From assembly GCA_000388065.2 (NCBI GenBank), contig KB932210.1: DNA of 18,313 nucleotides. The stretch is one strand, 5' to 3'. Source of the stretch: Fonticula alba ATCC 38817. Taxonomy: Eukaryota > Protista > Nucleariida. Of this stretch, positions 1 to 8,825 are shown piece after piece. Each line of letters opens with the position of its first letter. Within the stretch, counting starts at the first letter, position 1. The position numbers and the translations under genes are program-made. The notes beneath the pieces are model-generated. The model had not been told where the DNA came from and did not search any database. It was given only the letters and a program-made list of their open reading frames with translations.

Positions 1-1086
1 GATCGGGGGGGAGGGGGGGGGGGGGCTTGCCCCGGCGTTCGCCGCCGTTCACCGCGCCGGGCCCGCCCAAAAGAGGCAGCCGCCAGATCGCGCCGGTTCG
101 TGGGGACCCGTTTTGGGGGCTGGTCACGCCGGGCTCGCGGGGGCGCGTGACGGCCGGAGCCGCGGGGCCCGGCAAACTCCTGTCCCCCGGGGGCTGCGCG
201 GCACCGCGGCGCTCGTCGTCCCCCGCCCCGGCGCGCCAGCAGGCGGGGCGAGGGCGGTTCAGCCTCGGGCGGCGCAGCGCGGCCCGGCACCGGTTCCCCT
301 TCCAGGTGGTTCTTGCCGGGGCCCGGAAAACGCGCCCGGAAACGGGCACCACACGCCTTCCGTGCGAGTCTGTCGCGGCAACGGGGCGCGTCTCTGCCGG
401 CGTGACGGCCGGGGGCGGGCCGCCCGCGCGGTCGATATGTGACGTTGCGCCCGGGCGAGGGCGTCCCCCGCCCCGCCCGGGAGGACGCACACGCCCAGGC
501 CCGTGTGTGCTGTCATGGTTGGCGCCCCCCCCCCCCCGCCCCCCCGGAAAGGTCCTGCCCGTGCGGACGCCCCGGACGTCCGGAGGCCTAGTGTTTACTC
601 CGGACGGCGGGGCGGCGTCGCGCGCCCGCGCGCGATCGGCCGCCCAGGTCGTGGTGCCTGACGCAACGTCCTGTGCCCGAGGCGCACCGGCCTCCGGGGA
701 GGGGGGGGGGACCATCATCCCGGGCGCGCCCCTCCCCCCGGCCGGCCTCCATGGCTTGCGAGGGGCGTGTGTGCTGGCGCATCCGCACACACGTCTGACC
801 GTGTGCGTGAGCGCACGCGCGCGCGTGCGCGCGCCGTGGTCGCGTCCATCGTGGCGCCGGCCTGGCAGATCCCCTCTCGCGTGGCGTGCTTAGCCGCCCC
901 CCCTCCCCCCCCCCCGCGCTGCAGCGGAGGCGACGGGAGGGCTTTTCAGCGGACGCCGCACGCCCCCCCCCTGGACCGCACCCAGACCAACCCGCCCCTT
1001 CGCTCCCAAACCGCCACCCCCTCCTCAGCCCCTCCCCCCATCCCTTTTCGCGCCCGCCCACGCCCCGGGACATTCAAACAGGGAAA

Positions 1087-3449
1087 ATGTCGCTCAAGGT
1101 CAACGTCCACTCGGTGACCGGCAAGAAGCTGCTGATCGACATCGATCCCGAGGAGACCGTGCGTCATGGGCGCTGGCCGGCCCCCGCAGCGCGGCCCGGC
1201 TCCGCGCCCGCTCTTACTCGCGCCCGCCCCCTCGTCGCCCCATGCTGACCCTCCTCTCGGCCCGGACCCAGATCCTCACCCTCAAGCGTGTGCTCCATGA
1301 GCAGCATGGCACCGCCCCTCCGGAGCGCCTGCGCCTCATCTTCTCCGGTCCGTCCCCCTGGCCCTGGCCGCTCGCCCGCCCGCCCGCCCGCCCGCCTGCA
1401 TGTGTGCTCCCGTCGCTGACCGCCCGGTGGAAAACCCGCACACACACACACACACACACACACAGGCGCCGTCCTCACGGACCCCACCGTCCTCAACACC
1501 CTGAGCCTTAACCCCACCTCCTTCTTCGTGGTGGTGGAGTCGCGCTCGCGCCCGGTCGCCGAGCCGAAGCCGGCCCGTCCGGCTGCCACTGCTGCCGCCG
1601 CCGCCCCCGCCGCTGCCACCACCACCACCACCGCCACCACCACCACCACCACCCCGGCCACCCCCTCGCAGCCCACTGCCGCCACCAACCAGGCCCCGGC
1701 CGCCCCTGCCGCTGCCGCCGCCACCGCGGCCGCGGAGACCGTCTCCCCGGCCGTCACCGCGGCCGCCGCGGCCGGGCGCCCGGCCGTCGGCTCGGAGCAG
1801 CTCGAGTCCATGATCCTCAGCCTCATGGAGATGGGCTTCGACCGGGCGATCGTCGAGCGCGCCCTCCAGGCCGCGGACTTCGTGCCGGACCTGGCCGCGG
1901 AGTTCCTCTTCTCCGTACGCCGCCCCCTCGCTGTCTCTGCCGCCCCCTCCCGCCACCCGGCTCACATTCTGCCTCCCCCGCCTCCAGGGCTTCATTCCGG
2001 CTCCGCGCGGTGCCTCGGCCGGCGCCATGGCCGGCGCCTCCATGATCGGCGCCAGCGACGACGACCAGGGCTCCGACGATGAGTACTCCCAGAATGCCCT
2101 GCTCTCGCTCATGCACGGCGACGACGACATGGAGGACGATGATGACAGTGCGTGCCGGCCCCCTCCCCCCCCGGGACACCCCTAGCCGCCTCCCCTTCCG
2201 CCGGCCCTGCTTCCGTCCTCGCCCTTTCTCACGCGCCTCCCTCCCGCCGACCCCGGGCCACGGGGCCCCCGACCACTCGCAGACCCTCTCGAAGCCCTGC
2301 GCAATCTGCCGATCATCCGCCAGTTGCGCCAGGCCGTGCGCGCCCAGCCCTCGGCCCTCTCGCCCATCCTGGCGCACTTTGCCCAAACCAATCCCCCCTT
2401 CTTCCAGGTCCGTTTGCCTCGCCGCCTCTCCCCCTTGTATTCCGCCCATCCTGGCGCACTTTGCCCAAACCAATCCCCCCTTCTTCCAGGTCCGTTTGCC
2501 TCTCCCCCCCCCCCCCCTGTTTTCCCCGCCTTCCCCCCCCCCACGTGTGATGCCCCACGCGCCCCCCCCTGTTCGCTGTGCCTGACCCGGATGCCGTCAC
2601 TCCCGACACCCCATTCACGCGTGCCCCTCCCCCCTTCCTCTATCCACGCGCACGCGCGCACATGCGGACCACAGCTCATCTCCCGGAACCCCCGGCAGTT
2701 CATCCGTCTGCTGGCGGCCGACGATGATGATGACGATGAGGCCGGCGAGGACGGCGACGACGATGCCATGGAGTTTGACCAGGACATCATGAGCATGCTC
2801 GCCGGCGAGGACGGCGGGTCCATCTCCGGCGAGGAGATCCTCAGCGACGGCGAGGGCCCCGGCCCGGACGGCAACGACCTGCCCGAGGGGTCCATCGCCA
2901 TCACCCCGCAGGAGCTGGAGTCCATCCGCCGCGTGCGTGTGCCGCGCCTGCCCCGCCTGCCCCATTCTCCGCCCGGCCCCGCGGGCTCGCACCCACGCGC
3001 CCACGCGCTCGCACGCCCACGCGCCCACACGCCCACACTAACATCCACTTCCCCCGCCATGGGCCCCGCCTTCCCCCTCCCCCGCCCTCCCCCCCCCCCC
3101 CCCCCCGGCGGCGGAATTGGGCGCACAAAAGAAGGATGAGATCGCGGAGCGGCGCCCGGGGGCATGCCCAATTGTTATGGATGGGCCGCACAAGGCCCGG
3201 ACCGGGAGGAGTCCCGATGGACCACCACCGGGCAGGGGCCCGCCGTGGGGGAAAATGAGAGACGGCCCGCCTCATCGCCATCTGACCTGATTGGTGTGCC
3301 CCCCCCCCCCCCCCCCCCCCTGTGCGCTGCCTACGCAGCTCATGGCCCTCGGCTTTTCCGAGGACCGCGTGCTCAACGCCTTCCTGTGCTGCGACCGTGA
3401 CGAGAACCTCGCGGCCAACTTCCTCTTCGACAACCCGGAGGACGACTGA
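1087..3449 (+). CDS. RAD23: UV excision repair / proteasome shuttle protein RAD23 (UBL-UBA1-XPC-binding/STI1-UBA2), 7 exons, 416 aa
   Basis: Exons 1087-1158, 1272-1347, 1466-1914, 1988-2147, 2283-2407, 2675-2932, 3339-3449 (1251 nt, all GT-AG, frame consistent). UBL MSLKVNVHSVTGKK...RLIFSGAVL; Ala/Thr/Pro linker; UBA1 LMEMGFDRAIVERALQAA...AAEFLFSG; XPC-binding NPLEALRNLPIIRQLRQAVRAQP...LISRNPRQFIRLL; UBA2 [43 protein letters not shown]. Domain order matches Rad23. Confidence 0.93.
1439..1464 (+). repeat. (CA)13 microsatellite forming the 3' end of RAD23 intron 2
   Basis: Perfect CA repeat whose last CA plus G1465 is the acceptor CAG. Confidence 0.95.
2361..2502 (+). repeat. Exact 60-bp direct duplication (2361-2420 and 2443-2502) spanning the RAD23 exon 5 end and donor site
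   Basis: CGCCCATCCTGGCGCACTTTGCCCAAACCAATCCCCCCTTCTTCCAGGTCCGTTTGCCTC occurs twice, 82 nt apart. Confidence 0.95.
3119..3301 (+). ncRNA. Candidate intronic box C/D snoRNA-like element in RAD23 intron 6
   Basis: Terminal stem 3119-3128 / 3291-3301 (10 bp with one G-U pair and one bulge), C-like AGGATGA at 3133-3139, D box CTGA at 3287-3290 directly against the stem. No family recognised. Confidence 0.25.
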
Positions 3450-3633
3450 GCGCCCCCTCCCCCTCCCCTCGGTCTCCCCCTCTGTCGTGTCGGCTCCTTG
3501 CTTCCTTCTTCTCGCCCCCTTTCCGTGCCTCTGTTGTAATCTATCCCCCTCTGCCTGGCCATGCCGGGGTGTCGGCGTGCGCGCGCGCGCGCGCTCACAC
3601 CGGCGCTGGTCGGCTACCCCCTCCTGCATTAAA

Positions 3634-3639
3634 AATAAA
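3634..3639 (+). promoter_or_regulatory. Putative polyadenylation signal (AATAAA) of RAD23
   Basis: AATAAA in an AT-rich patch about 185 nt after the stop codon, rare in such GC-rich DNA. Confidence 0.5.
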
Positions 3640-3984
3640 CCGCTAGAATAAGACCCGCCCCTCTCTCGCCCCCCCCCCCTCCTTGCTGCCAGAAGAAGGA
3701 GAACGGGGCTGCAAGAGGCAGGGCCAAAGGCAGCCAAGGCAGGGGCACAGGGCCCGCATGCAGATGCAACACGTCGGCGAGGGCAGGGGGGCGTGTGTTT
3801 TGTTTTTCCTCTCTCGCTCTCCAGAGAGTCGGGCCGCGGTGTGTGTGTGTGTGCGTGCAGGGCCCGGTGCCTGTTCACACGGGCGCGCAAGGACATCCCC
3901 CTGCAGGGGGCAGCAAAAAAAAAAAGAAAAAAGGGAAAGAGGAAGCCACCAGGGGGGCACCTCGACGCCTGGGCGGCGCATCGC

Positions 3985-5544
3985 TCAAAGGAAGTAGTCC
4001 ACCACCTGCGGAACCGGGAGAGGCGCCCTGTCAGAACCACAGCACAGCACCACGCGGGCCAGGAGGAGAAGGAAAAAGCCCCCCCCCCGGCGGCGGCCGA
4101 ACACACGCACCTTCGGGATGGCCGGGGCCTCCAGCTTGGACTCCGGGGCCTCGGTGAAGATGTTGAAATTGCGCTCCAGATTCTCGCCCACCTCCAGGAT
4201 GGACGCCTTGTTGCCGCACCGGTAGCAGTAGTTCGGTGCCGACCACACCGTGGTCAGGCGGTCGTCAAACAGAATCTGGTAGCCCTCCATGCACAGCTGG
4301 TGCGCCCGGAGGATGTGGTCCACGGCGTTCACATCGCAGAAGCGATTGACCACGCGCTTGCCGAAGGTGAAGCCGGCACCCCTGTTCCCGGCAGCACGCA
4401 CGCCCATGTGCGGAGAGCCGCGTGCCCGTGGGGGCATTTGTTGACCAGCACACCGAGGGTCAGCATGAGCGTCTGGGGGGCATGTGTGTGTGTGTGTGTG
4501 TGCGAAGAACGCTGGCCCATATGACCGCAGGCCCGCTCTGCCTCCCGCCCATCCCTCCCCCGCGCTCCACGCCCCACGCCCCACGCCCCAGGCCCCACGA
4601 CCCACGCACCGCTGCGACACCGAGAAGTCCTCCTTCACCGGGTCCGGGTCGCTCCACATGATGTCGGCCAGCGGCCCGTCGGTGGGGATGTCCTTGAACC
4701 GGTCGATGGCCCGGATGGCGTCCACCGTCTGCACGGTCGGCCCGATGCCGCCGTGCACGCAGAAAATCCGGTCATCGATCAGGGCCGCGATCGACAGGAA
4801 GTCGAACATGTCCGTGAAGTAGGTCCACACCTGCGCCGTGCCATACTTGGCCAGGCACTCCGTGTAGAAGCCATACATCTGCCAGCCCAGCAGGGGGGCC
4901 CGGGCCCGGGGCGGCGGCGGGGGGGGGGGGGGGGGGGGGGTCAAGACAGTCAGCCAACCGGCCGGCGGGGAGGCCCGACAAGATGGCCATCGGGGTACCC
5001 CGGCCAAGGCTGGCCCCACGCACCTGGGTGATGCTCCGCGACTCGTGGTTGCCCCGGATGAGGGTGATCCGGTCCGGGTAGCGCAGCTTCAGGCACATCA
5101 ACAGCGTGATGGTCTCCACGCTGTGGTGCCCGCGATCCACAAAGTCCCCAAGGAACAGGTAGTTGGTGTCCGGACACTTGCCGCCGACCTTGAAGATCTC
5201 CAGCACGTCGTAGAATTGCCTTCACCCGGCGGAGGCCCGGCCCCCACACACAGGCAGATGCACAGCCACATGTCAGATCCTGGCCCGCCGCCGCCCGGGC
5301 AGCCACCCCCCCCGAAAGACACGCGTGCGGCATGGGGGCCCACAGGGAGCCGCGAGGGAGGGAGGAGGGGCGGCACGCACCCATGGACATCGCCGACGAC
5401 CGTGACCGGCGCGCTGATGTGCACGACATTCGGCTCGCGCAGCAGCAGCTCCTTCATGGACTCGCAGAGGAAGTTGATCAGCGAGATGTCCAGCAGCTCG
5501 AGGCGCGTGATGCGCTCGATGCACTCGTCCAGGTCGACTTTCAT
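3985..5544 (-). CDS. PPG1: PP2A-family (PPP) Ser/Thr phosphatase catalytic subunit, Ppg1-like, 5 exons, 306 aa
   Basis: Exons (minus) 5544-5381, 5219-5024, 4878-4610, 4381-4111, 4005-3985 (921 nt, frame consistent). PPP motifs [42 protein letters not shown]; C-terminal DYFL of the PP2A/PP4/PP6 group. Family call is near certain; the Ppg1 subfamily call rests on remembered signatures ([50 protein letters not shown]). Confidence 0.9.
4571..4598. repeat. 7-bp tandem repeat (GCCCCAC)x4 in phosphatase intron 3
   Basis: Units at 4571, 4578, 4585 (one mismatch) and 4592; reads GTGGGGC on the sense (minus) strand. Confidence 0.85.
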
Positions 5545-5873
5545 GCTTGTCGTGTGTGTGTGTGTGCGCGCGCAGGCAAAGGAGACGCGCGGGAGATCGC
5601 CGAGGAGCCGGGGCGATGCAGGGGGAGGGGCAGGGGGGCGAGAATACGCAAAGAGGGAAAGAGGGAGCAAAAGGAGCGCCGTATACACACGGAGCCAGGG
5701 ACGAGGAGGTGAGAGGGATGCTGGCCAGGGCGCGGGCCCGGCGCTCGCGCTGTCCCCGGTCCGCCTTGAGAGACCCGGCGGGCAATCCCGGCCCCTGCGC
5801 CATCGGCCGCCATCCGACGTTCCGGAACGCCCCGCCAAACGCACACATTTCGATGTCCCGCCCCCCCCCCCCC

Positions 5874-5979
5874 NNNNNNNNNNNNNNNNNNNNNNNNNNN
5901 NNNNNNNNNNNNNNNNNNNNNNNNNNNNNNNNNNNNNNNNNNNNNNNNNNNNNNNNNNNNNNNNNNNNNNNNNNNNNNN
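5874..5979. other. Assembly gap (106 N)
   Basis: N run directly after a poly-C tract. Confidence 1.
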
Positions 5980-6108
5980 CCCGCCGGCACGGGAGGGCGG
6001 CATGCCGGACCCCACCGAACCGGGGGCTTCTCGCCACATACCGACGTGCGTCTTCCCCTCGCCCCCGCCGGCCGCCGGTCGGCCGGAGGACATGAACAAG
6101 GCGAGGAA

Positions 6109-6128
6109 GAGAGAGAGAGAGAGAGAGA
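6109..6128. repeat. (GA)10 microsatellite, intergenic
   Basis: Direct reading of the sequence. Confidence 0.9.
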
Positions 6129-6426
6129 GGCACCCGGCGCGCGCGCGCCCAAAAACAAACAGCCCCGGGGGCGAGTCAGCGGGGGACGAAATGGCGCATG
6201 CGCGTGATCTATTTGGGAGCGCGGTCACGCGGGGCCACATTCTTGTGGCTGCCAGCGGAACGGGCGCCTCCCCGGGAACCGCGCCCCGCCTCCCCCCCCC
6301 GCCCGCAGGAGCCGAGGGGAACACGGCGCAACAGGGACGCCCCCCCCCCCCCATTTTGTACACGGGAAGAAGGGCGGGGGCCATCGCACGAATGAAAAGC
6401 ACACCGGCCGGGCAGGGGCGCCCGCC

Positions 6427-8472
6427 TCACACCACGACATCGGCAACGGCAGCCACCACAGCGGCGGCGGCGGCAGCCATCTCACGGACATCCTTCACCA
6501 GGCTGGTGCCCTTCGGGGTGCGGAAGCCGCCCTTGGTCTTGCCCAGGCGAATGATGACCAAATCCGACGCCCGGTCCACCATGGACAGCTGCCCCTCGAA
6601 GCCGCCCATGTAGAAGAGATCCTTCGGCAGGTCCTTGTGCCAGGCCACGTCGCCGCCGGTGTCGCCGTCGGCCGTGGCCGAGGTCCACCAGTGGAGGCCG
6701 TGCCCGCCGCCGGACACCGGGGTCGGCCGGGTCGACGCGTCGACCCACTCGCGCGGCACAATCCGCGCCCCGGGCCGGCCGTCGGCCGTCACCCACTCGC
6801 CGCCGCGCAGGAACAGGTACGCCAGGCGGGCCCAATCCCGGCCACTCATCATGGCAAAGGAGGACCCCACCTGCAGGCCGGCCGCATCGCGCTCGAAAAC
6901 CGCCGTCGACATGCCCAGCGGCTGGAAGAGGCTCCGGTGCACATGGCCCCAGTACGCCTCGTAGTCCACCTGCCAGCCGGCCGGCCGCAGGGACCCCCCG
7001 GCCAGGGCACTGGCCGCCGCCTCGGCCGGGGCCTGGCTCCCGGGCACCGGGTCGCATGCGGCCCCGGCCTCCCCGACCAGGCGCCCAAAGCACCGGGTCT
7101 GCACCACCCGCTCCGCGAGGTTCGTATTGCCGGAGGTGTAGAGGAACCGGCTGCCCGGCGGCACGGCCGGCGTCCCGGGGCCCCCGTGCTCCAGGGCCGC
7201 GGCATACCCGGCCGAAGAGGGCTCCAGGAAGAGCATGCGCGCCGGGTCATTCAGCAGCCCGTACGACTCGTCGAAGGACAGCCCCGACGACTGGGACAGC
7301 AAATGCCACAGGGACATCTGCCCCAGGGGGTCGGCCGCCCACCGGCCGGCCGCCGGGGCCGGGGACATGGCAAAGCGCCGGGCCACGGCCGCGTGCCGGT
7401 GTGCCGCCGTGGCCGTGGCCGCCTCCGCCTGCGCCTCCGCCTCCGGGGGGTGCTCCGGCGCCGCGGCCGGCAGCAGGCTCTCGCCCAGCTCCGCGCCCGG
7501 GCAGTACACCGAGTGCCCGGCCGACGGCGGGGCCGCCGGCCACCACTCCGGCACCGACGGCCGAACCGGCGCATCCAGCCGCACGCAGCCCCCCTCAAAG
7601 GCCAGGGTCCCGGCCACGGCATTGGTCAGGCTCTTGGCCATGGACCAGCCCCCGAGCGGGGTCATCGGGCCCAGCCCCGGGGCATACGCCTCGGCCACCA
7701 GCCGGCCGCGATGCACCACCACCATGGCCCGGGTGCCGGGCGTGGCACTGGCAGCCGCCGCGTCGGCCGCCGCGTCGGCCTCGGCCGAGGACGCGCCGCC
7801 GGCCAGGGCCGCCGCCCGGGCGTCGGCCGCCGCCAGCTCCGCGAACTCCCGCCGCAGGCGCGCCTGCACCGGGGCATAGGCCGCCGCATCGGCCGCCGAC
7901 ACCCCGGCGTCGCCATGCGGCCAGGCCACCGCCGGGTCATTGGCAAAGGCCCAGGCGTCCGGGCCGGACCCGGCCGCCGCCAGGGCCCCCGGCGCCGGGT
8001 GCCGCGAGATCGGCGCCCCGGCCGGGAACAGCCGCCCGGACAGGGCCCCGGAGGCCGGCGCCAGGAAGCACCCATGCTTGCCCTGGAAGTAGGCCTCCGC
8101 TTCGAAGAGCCCGCCGGCCCCGGTGGCCCGGACCCCGGGCCCCGGCGCCTGCGGCCCCGCCTCGAAGAGCTCCACCCGGCAGATCCCCCGGGCCAGGGAG
8201 ATGACATCCCCCCGGGCATCGATGTCCTCCAGCGACCGGCCGGACACGTAGTGCGCCGAGCACACCGTCTTGGCCACATGCCCGCAGGCCATCTGGCCCA
8301 TGCGCGCCGGCAGCAGCGCATACTGCAGCACCTTGTCGGCGCTCAGCTCCAGCTTCGACCAAATGACCGCCAGCAGGATGGTGCTCAGCATGAAGCCGGT
8401 CATCCAGCGCGTGCGGCCGGGATGGGTGCGCGCATGTTCGCCAGGGTCGCGGCGCCGGGAGGGCTCGATCAT
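6427..8472 (-). CDS. Beta-lactamase-fold serine hydrolase (class C beta-lactamase/AmpC/6-aminohexanoate-dimer hydrolase-like), uninterrupted CDS, 681 aa, N-terminal hydrophobic segment
   Basis: Open frame from ATG 8472 to TGA 6427. Catalytic SxxK in GGWSMAKS (7644-7633); HLLSQSSGL; YxS in FLYTSGNTN (Tyr codon 7140-7138); GSSFAMMSGRDWARLAYLFLRGGEW; WVDAST.P; HGLHWW; FYMGGFEGQ. N-terminal GHVAKTVCSAHYVSGR resembles bacterial members. The start codon is uncertain because a gap lies upstream. Confidence 0.88.
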   Translation of the reverse strand: MIEPSRRRDPGEHARTHPGRTRWMTGFMLSTILLAVIWSKLELSADKVLQYALLPARMGQMACGHVAKTVCSAHYVSGRSLEDIDARGDVISLARGICRVELFEAGPQAPGPGVRATGAGGLFEAEAYFQGKHGCFLAPASGALSGRLFPAGAPISRHPAPGALAAAGSGPDAWAFANDPAVAWPHGDAGVSAADAAAYAPVQARLRREFAELAAADARAAALAGGASSAEADAAADAAAASATPGTRAMVVVHRGRLVAEAYAPGLGPMTPLGGWSMAKSLTNAVAGTLAFEGGCVRLDAPVRPSVPEWWPAAPPSAGHSVYCPGAELGESLLPAAAPEHPPEAEAQAEAATATAAHRHAAVARRFAMSPAPAAGRWAADPLGQMSLWHLLSQSSGLSFDESYGLLNDPARMLFLEPSSAGYAAALEHGGPGTPAVPPGSRFLYTSGNTNLAERVVQTRCFGRLVGEAGAACDPVPGSQAPAEAAASALAGGSLRPAGWQVDYEAYWGHVHRSLFQPLGMSTAVFERDAAGLQVGSSFAMMSGRDWARLAYLFLRGGEWVTADGRPGARIVPREWVDASTRPTPVSGGGHGLHWWTSATADGDTGGDVAWHKDLPKDLFYMGGFEGQLSMVDRASDLVIIRLGKTKGGFRTPKGTSLVKDVREMAAAAAAVVAAVADVVV

Positions 8473-8675
8473 GGTGTGGAGGGACGGGCGGGTGGGCGGA
8501 CGGGCGCGTGTGCGTGTGTCGCTGCGGCAACAATCGCGAAAGGGGGGGGGAGGGGAGAAAAAAAAAGCAAACAGGGAGGACGAAGGTTCAATCGTCGGGT
8601 GCGCGGCCGCCCCGCGGCTGCAGCCGAGTCGGGTCGGCTTTTTGTCCCCCGCAGCTGTGTGTATCGGGGGGGGGG

Positions 8676-8825
8676 NNNNNNNNNNNNNNNNNNNNNNNNN
8701 NNNNNNNNNNNNNNNNNNNNNNNNNNNNNNNNNNNNNNNNNNNNNNNNNNNNNNNNNNNNNNNNNNNNNNNNNNNNNNNNNNNNNNNNNNNNNNNNNNNN
8801 NNNNNNNNNNNNNNNNNNNNNNNNN
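8676..8825. other. Assembly gap (150 N)
   Basis: N run directly after a poly-G tract. Confidence 1.

Noticed and set aside
572-605. Palindrome CCGGACGTCCGG and nearby short inverted repeat
   Set aside because: Expected by chance at this GC content; no associated feature.
27-893. 288-aa + strand ORF and overlapping ORFs upstream of RAD23
   Set aside because: Arg/Pro/Gly-rich translation typical of GC-rich non-coding DNA, with no recognisable motif or host codon bias. An exon of a divergent off-window gene cannot be excluded but is not supportable.
3119-3301. U3 snoRNA or SECIS identity for the intron 6 element
   Set aside because: The AGGATGA box resembles a U3 C' box, but the conserved U3 5' domain is absent. 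A SECIS would need a 3' UTR location and an in-frame TGA, and none of these genes has one.
3450-3984. Overlapping 3' UTRs of convergent RAD23 and phosphatase genes
   Set aside because: Plausible, but the phosphatase polyadenylation site cannot be located from sequence alone.
5045-6613. 522-aa + and 434-aa - ORFs across gap 5874-5979
   Set aside because: Artefacts of N runs; only the 5544-5381 part of the minus ORF is real (phosphatase exon 1).
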